Below, in pieces: positions 52,225-64,000 of a stretch of DNA of 64,000 bases; positions within the stretch are counted from its first letter, which is position 1, and each line of letters begins with the position of its first letter. The position numbers and the translations under genes were made by a program. This DNA is from Lama glama (lineage: Eukaryota), in assembly GCA_028534125.1 (NCBI GenBank), contig CM052816.1, forward strand, positions 47,990,001 through 48,054,000, given 5' to 3'. The notes below the pieces were generated by a model that saw only the letters and a list, made by a program, of their open reading frames with translations, was not told the DNA's origin and searched no databases.

Positions 52225-53060
52225 TATGTGTATGCCAAACCACTTTCTTCTTCCTCCTGGGCACATAGCCTGACTACATTTCCTGACTGATTAGATTGGG
52301 TTATATGACAAAGTTCCAGGTATTGGAAAGTTTCTCCATTACTTCTCTCTTTCCATGTTCTTTCTTTCCCCATTACCTGGCTGCATATAAAGGAGGTGGA
52401 ACCACACTGGATGAAACAGACACCTCTGCTGACCCAAATATGACTGCAGTGATCAAGGAATGAATTTCTGTTGGGTTAAGACACTGAGATCTTGGATGTT
52501 TGTTATGGTAGCTAGCTTTTCTAACTAATATATTACGTACTAGGCAGGATGCTTTCAGCTGTAATGCAAAGACCAAATTAAAATGCCCTAAGAAATAAGG
52601 ACATTTATAATCTCACAAAACAAGAAGTTTAGAGTTGGTTAAATTCCACTGTTGATAAATTTAGTGACTCTGAAAAATCATAAAGGATCCAGATTTTTGC
52701 ATCTTTACACTTTGCAGCTTCTTAGGCTGCCTCACCTGTCGGTCACAAAATACCTCCAGCAGCTCCAGACATTAGAGATGATAATGGCCAAAGGTAGCAA
52801 AATTACATTTCTCCTCTTAATTCTTCTTTTTTAAGAACAAAGAAGCCTTTCCCAGAAGCCATTCTGCAGACTTTCTCCTTTGTCTCATTTCCCAAAATGG
52901 GGTCATACGCCTTTCTCTAAACTAATCACTCAAAAGGGGAATGGTGTACACTAATGGTGTAGCCCTTGAGAACTTAAGTTTTTTCTGAAATACATGGTCA
53001 GTAATACCTGAACAAAACTAGGATTCTTTTAGCAAAGAAAAAAGAAGGACAGCTTTCAGG
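52225..53060. mobile_element. Two adjacent old MaLR/ERVL LTR fragments
   Basis: cttcttcctcctgggcaca..ttaagacactgagatcttggatgtttgttatg (plus strand), then gctttcagctgtaa..ccagctccagacat..cctttcccagaagcc (minus strand). Confidence 0.6.
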
Positions 53061-53769
53061 CAGCCAAAAAGATATACTCAGATCACTTAAGGTTTATTAA
53101 AGGAAAAAGATCACAGGTATTTTTAATCTATTCTGGTCAGATAGATAATATAACAACATACTAATTTAGGGGAGGTATGTGAATAATAAAAAAGATAGAA
53201 CTGGCCACCTATGCAATCCATATATCCAAAATGAGGCCGGATTCAATTTCTATTGTATTAAAGGTAGACATTTAATTTTATGAGAGGGTGCTATTGGGGT
53301 GGTGCCACTGCTATCAGTTTTGACATTTGTGTAAAGACATGATAGCTAAGTATTTTAAAAATTGTAGATAGATGTGGAAAACAGTAAAACTGTATTTGTT
53401 CATATCTCATCTAGAAAGCCAGAAGGATGAATATGTTTACTCACTTTAGGTTAAGACTGCATAAACAACATGGTATAATTTGATCATAAGAATTGAATGG
53501 TTCCAGAGGTCAAGGCATTTTAGAGCCAGTGAGCCCAATTCTGTGTTATCACAGAGAAGAAAACAATTCTCTAGTCATGAAGGGACTTGTACCTGTAAAA
53601 AGGTAGTCCCTGGCAAAGCAGGAACCACAGTAGAATTTTACTTACCTTCAATCTAGGGCTCTTTCTAACGCTGCGCAGTACTCATCAGTGCGTAAGCATC
53701 AGTTAGGGAAGTGGCACTTAAAAGAGGAGTACAGCACATGTGTGCAGAGCAGCAAACTGCACAATTCTT

Positions 53770-53925
53770 AAAATAATGACAGTTAAAATGTATTAAGTTT
53801 TCCCTGGGCACTGTACTAAACTTTCTACATCGCATTCATTCATTTATCTGTCACAACAACCTTATGATAGGTTAACTAATGCCTCCATTTTTTATGTGAT
53901 AAAACTAACTTTCAGAGAAGGTAAA
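53770..53925 (-). mobile_element. MIR fragment
   Basis: tcacaacaaccttatgatagg..ccattttt..aaaactaa..cagagaaggtaaa. Confidence 0.65.
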
Positions 53926-54596
53926 TTTTATCATCCATGATTCATCTCTAATTTTCTTGTAATTGTGGACCTTTGAGGTAACAACTACTGGGATATCCTG
54001 AAATAAGACAAAGACTAATCAGAGAGAAGTCACTTGACTTTTTACCTTTGTGCAGGATAAGAGATAGTACATCACCTCAAACCAATCTTAATAATGGATA
54101 TTTTTGAGAATGTTGCAAGGAACACATTTTCCCCATATAAAATTACACAGTCTTTCAATATGACTCTTTTTCAACTCTGTACCCACTCACACAAGCCAGT
54201 TGGAGGAAATAATTTTTAGGGAAATTAGGATTAATCAACTTGGTCTTGCAAACTTTGGTATTTGTCTGGGGACATTACCTTTCATCATTTCCCGTGACTC
54301 TTAAAATTTTTAATCATCAACATCTTCTCAACAATGAAAGCTCTAGAATTGAGTTTTATCTGCCATGTTTAGTATAAACATTGATTAGCAGGAAAATATC
54401 TAGGACATGTACAGACAGGCCAAGATCATATGTAATTCAAGGCAATGCAATAGGGAGGTGGTATACCTAGAAAGCGGCTCTTTCTGAGAAGACTGATGTC
54501 TAGCAGTCAGTGGGGCTATGCTTAATATATCAACCATTTTCTTTAATCACATCTACTTTTATTATACACTGACCAAAGGGTTTGCTTAGTATTCTT

Positions 54597-54825
54597 TTTT
54601 TGTATATATATATATTTTTACTGAAGTATAGTCAGTTTACAATGTTGTGTCAATTTCTAATGTACAGCCTAATGCTTTAGTCATACATGAACATACAGAT
54701 ATTCATTTTCATATTCTTTTTCACTATAAGTTACTGTAACATATTGAATTTAGTTCCCTGTGCTATACAGTATGAACTTGTTTGTCTATTAAATATGTAT
54801 TAGTTAGTATCTGCAAATCTTGAAC
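54597..54825 (-). mobile_element. Short L1 3' end with 13-bp TSD
   Basis: actgaagtatagtcagtttacaatgttgtgtcaatttct..gttccctgtgctatacagta; flanks GCTTAGTATTCTT (54584-54596) / GCTTAATATTCTT (54826-54838). Confidence 0.88.
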
Positions 54826-56130
54826 GCTTAATATTCTTGAATGAGCACTGCTTTCCTCTCCTTTCCTGTCTTTGTGACTGATGGTAAAGAACACATCAAC
54901 CTGTTTGGCCTGCTGATTGTATCTCTTTCCTACCTATGAGAAGGGTTAGATTAATGGCTTAATGGAATTTTAGAGTTGTTTAATTTTCCCAGGTGGTCCA
55001 GAATATATGCCTCAGTGGAAACGTAAACAACCTCAAATTTCTCCCTTACTGGTGCCATATAGTCTCAGGAATGTTTCAATTTCCATTTATATGGGAAAAT
55101 CTCTTTTTACGGAATGGCCTTGAAACTGACCCATTCCAGGAAAAGTTCTATTTTGCTCTAGGGGTAACAATCATTATTTTTCTACAAGAGTAATTCATAT
55201 CCTAGCATCTTTAGGGTGTGTCTCTTGGAAGGATGCCTCATGGCATTCCAGTTTGTCCTAGGAAAGAAAGGGCTGCATGATGACAGCATGACAGCTTTGG
55301 TCATTAAATCTCAGTAAATAAAATCTAATTTTTATTTATCCATCAAATGTAGGTATGTGTAAATATGTTTGCAAAAGTATACATGTGTGAAAAACAGCTA
55401 CTCAATTGGCCTGTTTGGTTTAATCATTTGTATGTGTAAGGGCTACAGAAAATGATCATTACTGAATATTAAGGAAGAAAAAAAGTTTAGGAAAAGCTAG
55501 AATCACTAAAATATGTACTAATATTAATGGCACATATTGATTATCTAAAAATCTTATTAGTGAGAGGGCAATTGTGCTTCTAGGAGAAGGATACAGAACA
55601 GAACATGTCTTTTCCATATAACTAACAGTTGTGTAGGTATTCATGTTGTTGGCTTCTTGAGTCACTGGTCTGTGGATATCAAATACTAACAACAACAACA
55701 AAGTCCTTGTAGTATGTTTCAGATAACAATAATAGTGCTTTATTTCCATTTGTCAAAAATTTTTGATTGAAAATAAGAGAAACCAGAATTAATATATTGA
55801 CTTTTTCCTGTATCTTCTTAGACAACCTTTTCCTGTATTAAATAATCCTGGAAATGGAAAGCATTATTCCTTTTTAACTTAACTTTTATGAGTTAAAATG
55901 TTTGCTTCTTTTTCTGATTTTACCAGAAATGAAGAAAGCTGGTCACTAAACACTGCTCAAGTGTAGGACCACATTTGTCTTGTCCATTACTGTCTTATCT
56001 GTCATAGCAACTGGCATGTAGTAGGTGTTTGATAGATATTTGTTGAAAATAGAAGTTAAAAAATAAAGTCCACATTTTAATTGTCATTCAGTATTTTTTT
56101 CCTTATAGTCAGATACTCTCAATTCTTATA

Positions 56131-56476
56131 TGAGTCTGCAATACCATATCTGCAATTCAGAAGTTCCAAAATCTTTTACAACAGAAATTTTTAAAATAAC
56201 ATATTTGGTGGCAAATGTTAACCTCACGACTCGCTTTTTTGTTGGCAAATTTTGATCTGAACTGACATAAGTATATTTATAGCCTTTCTTTACAGCAGCT
56301 GTTATGCATAGTCATATATACTGTTGTAAAAATATTAATGTAATGTTGCCCATTACCCTCCTACAGTGTAACATACATAAGGTGTATGTACTATTTTCTT
56401 ACACACATACCTTTCTGAAATTCTCTACATACACACACGTATCCTCAAAGGTTTTGGTAAGACATTGTGGAATTGA
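56131..56476. mobile_element. Non-autonomous TcMar-Tigger-type DNA transposon (MamRep434-like)
   Basis: Degenerate inverted termini (gtctgcaataccatatc / ggtaagacattgtggaattg) and internal gatctgaactgac..tatttatag. Confidence 0.55.
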
Positions 56477-58489
56477 AACTATTGTCTCATCTTGTTAATG
56501 ATTTTAGACACCTGTTTGTAAATTTCCTATAGAATGCTCTACCAAGATGTCAAACAATCAATACTCACAGACCAACACCAACATGCTCTGTTTTTCTTAT
56601 AATAAAGGTTTATGCCAAACTTCTAAGGTTTCCACATTTCTGTTGTTCAACCCAGAGGAACCACTTATAAGAAAGGGCAACTCAGCTTCTATGCATCTCC
56701 AGTTTTGACCTCTTTTTTGAGAGTGCTAACAAGGATGCCAATTAGTGTCAGTTATGATAGCAAAGTTTTATGATTTTGACAGGGTATTATTTTCAAAGAA
56801 ATGGAGTGTCTCACCTCCTCAATTCACACAGAATTGTGATGAGAAAGCTGTAAGGTAATGATTTTGTATTTACCTCCAATCTAGACAAACCAAACTAATG
56901 ATTTTAAACTATAAAATCTCTAAGTTCTGTATTTGGTGCCTTGATTTATTGTTATTGGTTGTCAAACACTTTTTAAATACAGATGTGCCTCTCTAATATG
57001 TATTTATTATTATAATACTTGGAAAAGTATACAGCAGATCTATGCAATTAAAACAAAATTGCTTTAATCCCATATAGGATAGTAAGACCAGAGGCTGTAT
57101 AGATAATGTACTACAAAATTAGAGTAGGAAAAAAAGTGATGCAACTGTAAGTTCAGTGAAATTGCCTTATGTTTGAACTGAACTAGCCTTCCACGTAGAA
57201 AAAAATAAATACAGTTTTTTCTTGGCAACTTCTATAAAAATACACATATTTCACACATACACATATAAAGATACACATACACACAGAAATAATTTTAAAA
57301 CTATATAGATCTCTCCACATACTGTGTGATCTTGCATGAGTCACTTGAAATTGTTTGCTTATTTGTGAAAGGAGGATGATAACAGTACCTACCCCTTACA
57401 GTGGTAGCAATATCTCATGTTTGGTAGGCACAAAATAAGTACTAAATGATAGGAAATAAAACAATAATGAGAATAACAGTTCCTTGAATTTTCACTGTAT
57501 GTGTAATCATTATAAAATAAAATTTTTCTATGAGGGTAATTTTGGACTATTAAAAAGTATTTACTCTTCAGTTTATAGCTCTGATTCCTTGGATACAAGT
57601 TTTGAGTAGGACAACTTGAGTTGATGCACATTGGGTATCTGAGAAAATTAGAAGGCTAGGCTACTTCAGGTGGGAAAAAGGAGAAACCATGGAGTAGGTA
57701 GGGAAATTAAAGAAAAACTTATCCACTAAATGTTATCAACTTTAGCTATGCTATTATCCTCTCATAATAAGGACATTAGTAATGGTAACACTGCTATTCT
57801 TTTCTTATTTGTATTAATAATTAATTTTCATAAATTACATTTGCTAACATTTGAGAGTCCACAGTCTTAAAGCATAATTGAAATGCTTTTCAAAAATTTC
57901 TTTGACCTATAAAACTTGTTTGGTTTATACATTAACATTGGTCTGCTCAATTGTGTATTAGGATAAAGGAATGCAAACACTTGTCTAAATATAGTTATTT
58001 CCTCATAAATAGAAATTCTGAATATATTCATTTTACCCAAATCAGAAACATGGTATATACTGACTTCTTTTTAGCCTCCATTGCCCTGTTCTTTCTGTAC
58101 ACAGCCTCTTTTATAAACCCAACATCTACACAACACATATTATATGTGACACTAAATATATTCTAAGATATAAACAGTAATGCAGTTTAGAAGAGCTCTG
58201 AAAATTGAAATTAGGGGTTGAAATTATATTGAAAATATTGCAAAGGGGATGGCATTTTCATTGCATTCCATCACTCATTGGGAACACCGATTTAGGTTGT
58301 GATGGCTCTCCAATTTTAAATATACAGAGACATGTACACACACATATCTCTAGCTGCTTTGCTTCTCTGACCATGGAAGAATAGTACATTCTTTCCTTCA
58401 GAGCAAAGGTATCAAACAGCTGAGAGAGTTCCTTTCCTGAACAAATAAATCAGATGGAGATGTATGCACAATGGTCAAGCAGGATTTAG

Positions 58490-58675
58490 TGCAAAATGGA
58501 CTTGGCTCATTTCTTACCAACCTAGGCACATTACTTAACTGTGTTAAGACTTAGTGCCCTTGTCTTTAAAATAGGGATAATAATTTTGCATCAGAGAGTT
58601 GTTATGAAAATTACACCAATCAATACTATATCTAAAGTTCTGAGTAAAAAGTAAGAAATACATACATTTTAGCTT
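58490..58675 (+). mobile_element. MIR fragment
   Basis: ttacttaact..gtctttaaaatagggataataa..gagttgttatgaaaatta. Confidence 0.6.
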
Positions 58676-61599
58676 AGATCTTGAATAGTCAGATAAGTAA
58701 TAGACACAGAATAAAAATATTAAGAGAAGACACTAAGAAACAATCAGAACCCAGGTTGAGATATGTGATAAGGAAGCTAAGGGACAGGACTTCATCAAGG
58801 TGAGTTTAAGGAACATCAAAGTCCTGAGTTCTTCAAAGTGGGCAATGATGGTATATCTGGCCATGCTGAGAAGCACACAAATCCAGGACAATAGGCTGGA
58901 GTCCTCAGTGACTTAGCCCCATGTCCACCGTCTTTCCATCTTTTCTGACACACGTCATCAGCCCAAGTGATTTCAGTCTCCACACTGAAAACATTAGGAT
59001 GAAGATTCCTACATCTCCACTCCCATTTCCTTTCCCTCAACCCCATGCTCAACCAACTATTCCTTACATCCATTATTATCCTAATTTTCTCCACCTCTTC
59101 ATAAATTCTGAAATGACCTTCTGTCACTGTAGGAAAAAAAAGCTTTTATAAAAGATAATATTTTCATTTATTTCTGAAGAAGTAAGAATTAAATATTCAG
59201 GAATTTTCAGGAGAAAGGAGGGGAGTCTTTTCCTTTTGTGAATCCTGGAATGCTATACCAAAAATTTTCAGCAAATATATACACATGGTTGCTATTCCTC
59301 AGGAGAGGAAACGAGATAGGCTACAGCCCTAATTCTAAATGGCTAGGCAGCCACTTACAGTAATGGTGACCATTCTGACTCAGGGCTTCAGTTCCAGCCA
59401 CCAGCGAGAAGCAGTGGGAAACAGTTTTGATCTTTGTCCTTGAACACATTTTATGGTTCCAGAAGGAGTGCTTCCCTGGATGTCACATTAACAAGAATGA
59501 TACTGAGCAGAGTCATTAACATGTTACTTTGCTTTGGGAAAGGAATATACTGGACATTTTCATTCCTGTAAAGTACAACATTATGGTTAACCCTCTTTCC
59601 TCTAATATTGAAGGTAATCATTTGGCACAGTTTGTATTTTCCATTCCAATTATCGATTTTGCCTTTGTTCCTTGTTTGTCTCTGGTAAATAAATCATAAT
59701 GCATTCACACTGTTAAGCTGATGAGTACTCTTATCACCATGCATCCAAAGTTATGTCCTTTGGAATTATTTTTGTAAACTGAAACTTTGCCCCAGTGATC
59801 AGGAACAGTGCTAGTGATTTAGGTATGTGTAATTTTAAAATTCACAGATGTGACTCTTTCTTTCTGAGCAGAGCTTCCTGAAAGTTAACGGTAAACAAAA
59901 TTTCTCTTTACTAAGAGTCTCATTACAGAAGACTGATAACAGTCACATTTGACAAAAATGGATAAACACTCAAAGTAACAATGACCATCTTGGTGCTTTA
60001 AGTCATATATTATGCAGTTAACAGCAGACTATTTCTGCCAAAGTCAACATCTGCTTAAGTATGAGTCAGAATAATAAACAACTCAAGCAATTTTCAAAAT
60101 CAAATACCACAACTTCAGGATTATTCTTTAGGCCAGGGTTAGTTGAATAAATAATAAATAGGAAGGATATACGAATTATTAGTGAATTGGGATTCCTCTG
60201 GGTACACTGAATGCTGGTTTGGAAGGCTTAAAGAGGGCTTACTTTTTTTTTTTTTACAAATTATGCAATACTTATAATCTTTTGACATAAATATAAATTA
60301 ATTTTATTTCCCATTTCATATTAATTATATACATAAATTATTTTATTGGCATATAAACCATCAGTAAATTTTTGTACTCTAAGAGATCTAGCAATTCAAT
60401 TCACTCTTAAAATAGTAGTATTTTATCTGTACTAATCTATAAAAAATTTTAAAAATTCCTCAAATTAAAAATAGTTTGTTGATCAGCTTAAATATGAATT
60501 GTGTGAATCCTGATTAAAACACCTTTGACAAACAAGCCCTTACTCAGAATGACACAAATTTCTATTGGCCATCTAAAAATAGACAAAGAAAACATAATGC
60601 AAATATACTCTAGAATTATATTCTGTGAATCACAGACAATATACTACTAGGCTCTGGGAGGAATACTCACTAAGAGGAAATCTACGGAACAAGATTTAGA
60701 AAAGTAAAACTAAAAAGGGAAGTGACCAATTTTTTTTTCACATAGAGCAGAAAAGTATGGCCCACCTGACAATAGGTTTTCAGATGCTTCATTGGTTTGG
60801 ATAAGGAAATAATTCATCTCAGACCAGCAGAGTCTTGATACTAAAAATCTAATAAACACTAGAAATTGGATTAAAATTCATATACATTGATCCATTGGCT
60901 ATAGATTTAAGATGAGGCTTCAACTAGTCCCAAAATAGACAAATAAGTAGGGTAAAGTCTAGCCTTGTGTACTGTATTTTGTCAAGCATCATATTTTGCT
61001 AGATGTATCATAAGGTTTCTGAGGAACTTACCATAGGTGAAAGGAAGAAGAAATTATCCTTAAGACTTGGAGGAAATACATGTACATCTCTAAAATGATT
61101 TATTATAGAAACTGGAAAAATATTTAGAAATAGGCTATGGCCATTATAATACAGGAGCTAAAGCTATAAAGAGAGACAAGACCAATAAGACAATATAACT
61201 AGATGAGTTTAAAGTAGTATTAGTTGAGAGTAAAAGTGATCTTATTAAGATTAGAAGGTAATATTAGAACACTTAATTTTTAATTACAGAATTAAAAGTG
61301 TGTCCCGGTTTAAACAAAGAGCACAGGTAATATCAAAATCTAATCAGTGTTGGGGAAGATGAACTTCCCTAGAATGTAAAATAAAGAGACAAGATGATGA
61401 TAAATACAGAGGAAAGAGAGTGAAGAGATTGCCAAGAATGGGCAAGTGATACTAAGAAAGGGAACACCTTGAAGCTGGTGTCTATCAATTCTTTCCGGAA
61501 GTTTTCAGTTCATTCTGATCAATCTACCATTTTCTCCTTAATCCCCTTTGCATAGGCCACCCTCATTATTATTCTACTGAATCTACTGGAATTAAGACC

Positions 61600-62315
61600 G
61601 TATCTATTTAGTATAAACTCAGTGGTCACTTTGTAGACGCACTTACACCCACTTATTAGCATCATTTAGCACAGTTTACTACTCCTTCCTTCTTGAAAGT
61701 CTTCCTTCTCTTACCTTCCATGACATGACATTTCTGGATATCCTATTTTTCTGGCTGCTTTTTCTCAGTTTTCTCTGATGTCTCCTCCTTTGTTCAGTCA
61801 TCAAATACTGAAATGTGCAGTGCAGTTCAGGACTACCTCCTTTCTCTATCTACAATCACATAACCGCCTCCCTAGTGAGCTTACCCAGTGACTAGTCAAA
61901 TTTAGTCCTCTGTTTCATATTTGCTATTGTTGATATAACTCTGACTAGGAAGTCAAACGGACTCTCAAACTTAACAAGACACACACTCCCCAAAAATCCA
62001 TATTTATCTATACCCATTCTTTCTTATATTAATAAGTGTTTCCACAAACCTCCAATTACTCAATTTAAAAAAACTAGAATCTTATCTTCTTTTACTGGCC
62101 TACTCTCCCTGCTTAACCAAAACATTGCTCCCATCCTACTCCAAGTCTCTATCTTCTTTTTTTTGCTTTTTCAAATATTTTCCTGCTTTCTATTTGTCAT
62201 CACTGATAAGCCATTTGCTAACCAAAGTAATTTTCTAAAACCAATAAAGCTGATCATGTCACTCTCTTACTTAAAAACTTTTAATTCTTTTCCATTGTAT
62301 TAAGAATAATATCAA
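61600..62315 (+). mobile_element. L2 body fragment
   Basis: actccttccttcttgaaa..ccttccatgacatgaca..ctcaaacttaaca..ctgatcatgtcactctcttacttaaaa. Confidence 0.75.
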
Positions 62316-62319
62316 TCAG

Positions 62320-62875
62320 AATGACACAGAAAGGTTAGTAATAAAATAAAGGGCAAACAAAACAAAAGGACCCAGAGTAAGAATATAAACTTCAAGCAAA
62401 GTGAAAATCAAGACATTCAAATCACTGACCAAGGGTTAATTTTAAATTGATAAAATGAAATATAAAATAAGAGTTTTGAAATCCATAAACCTTTATGTAC
62501 AAAGAGCATAATGAAAATATGTAATGATAATAGTCATAATTCAAATCTTTAACCTATGTCAGGCATTATAGAAAATTCACTATTTCATTTAATTTTCAGA
62601 AAACTTTGATTATCAAGGCCCTTTCACTAACTAAAATCTGAGGACCCAGGTTATGCAGATCATAAGGGATGGAGAAATAATACAAAGTGAGTTCTGAGTG
62701 TTTCCATAAACTATGCCTATTAAAACAAACAAAACAATGACACTAAAAAAATAAGATAAATCAAATACAATTGTGATGGGAAACTTTAACTCTGCTTGGA
62801 AACTTTAACTCTGCTTTTAAACTTTGACAGATGAAGTAGATAAAGACAAATAAGGGCATGGAAAATTTTGAGTTA
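62320..62875 (+). mobile_element. Old L1M endonuclease-region remnant, with a probable MIR fragment inside (~62520-62720)
   Basis: acaattgtgatgggaaactttaac encodes TIVMGNFN (L1 EN TIIVGDFN); ataaacctttatgtac resembles the NIYAP motif. Confidence 0.6.
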
Positions 62876-63172
62876 TGTAATTGTTATGGGAGGACCTCAG
62901 GATAATCTCACAAATTGGACCTGAGTTTGTTTCCTTTTGGTAGGGAGAAATGGCTTTAATTGGTTGAAGGTATTGCTTTTAAACAAAGTACATCGAGGCC
63001 TATGTATCCATTCTAAGAAATAAGTTGTATATTTAATGAAAGGAGTCTCCTTTAGAGAAAGGAAACTTAAGCAGTTTGAAAGTTTTTTCTTGAGCAATTT
63101 TGTTTGCTTGATAATTCTGTTTCTAAAAGTTCTTTGTTAAGTATCCTTCATTAGAGAATTATTCCAACTCAT

Positions 63173-63311
63173 TGTGTATGTGTGTGTGTATGTAAGACTG
63201 TATATATGTATATACGTATATAAAATAGTGTATATATACATAATTTGTGTGTATATAAATATATACATATATATATAAATAAAACATATTATAAAACACA
63301 TTATATATACA
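63173..63311. repeat. (TG)/(TA)/(CA) low-complexity tract
   Basis: Direct reading. Confidence 0.85.
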
Positions 63312-64000
63312 GGATGTTAGGATGTTGTATTTCACAGTACTGGAGGCCATATGCTAATAATACTCTCAAATTTCCACCATCTTTTTTCTTATTCTCATTT
63401 TGCATTAATTCAGGAGCCTATTTTGATATGGTTGAAAGTGAACTACAGTGTAGATGTTATCTATTATTGTAATTCGTGTGGTAAAATGTAAGACTGGCTC
63501 TCTTTAACAACTTAAATTTCTCAATGTCTTACAATTTAGGGCTGCTTTTTTTAAATGGCTATACCCATTTCACATGAAAATTGAAAACATGAAGATAATA
63601 AATAGTGAGGTGGACCCAGAAGTGCAGCAGACATTAATGTGTAACAGGCACAGTCAAGAGGAAGACTTAGGCCAAAAGGTAGGCAGCAGACATAAGCGAG
63701 CGCAAGAACCATAGCCCTTTTGGTGATTATGAGACGGCTATCAGTTTGAGAGTTCATGGTGGATACAGATGGGCTTAGCCCTAACTTAGAGCAGACAGGT
63801 TTATTAAGTTTTTCTTTCCCTTTGAGTTGGCTATGACTTTTTTCCTTGATTTTAAGATGCAGTTCAGCTTTTTAAAGGTTGTTTCCTTTTGTGACATAAA
63901 GCCATTAATTCTGTTCCTTTCCAACTTTGTGGCTAAACTCTTACTAGTCTATGGAAAATGTTACATACACATTTAGACACGTGACAATTTGGGGTGGGGT

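Noticed and set aside
62779..62816. 19-bp tandem duplication (and a 14-bp one near 41764-41791)
   Set aside because: Ordinary two-copy slippage duplications with no spacers; not a CRISPR-like or functional array.
1..64000. A novel multi-gene system, CRISPR array, tRNA/rRNA or intact provirus
   Set aside because: Eukaryotic, repeat-rich, gene-poor DNA. The remaining short ORFs show no recognisable homology and many fall within decayed repeats.

Overview
AT-rich mammalian genomic DNA. It is probably a cetartiodactyl, most likely a camelid, judged from the young L1 3' ends, the COX7C protein sequence, and my failure to see Alu, B1, Bov-A/BovB or PRE1 elements. The only supportable protein-coding gene is the compact three-exon COX7C (cytochrome c oxidase subunit 7C, 63 aa) on the minus strand at about 16120-18145. 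It has a CpG-island promoter with tandem ZNF143/THAP11-type motifs, YY1 and GABP/ETS sites, and a candidate TCT-type initiator. Its second intron lies wholly in the 3' UTR and carries a box C/D snoRNA matching SNORD138 (formerly annotated MIR3607). The rest of the window is gene-poor and filled with decayed L1, L2, MIR, MaLR/ERV solo LTRs and DNA-transposon relics, some nested or with intact target-site duplications, plus a few young tandem duplications. I found no supportable evidence for a new multi-gene system. The most interesting structure is the COX7C/snoRNA cassette and its RNA elements. Repeat family names come from recall of consensus sequences and need RepeatMasker/Dfam confirmation.
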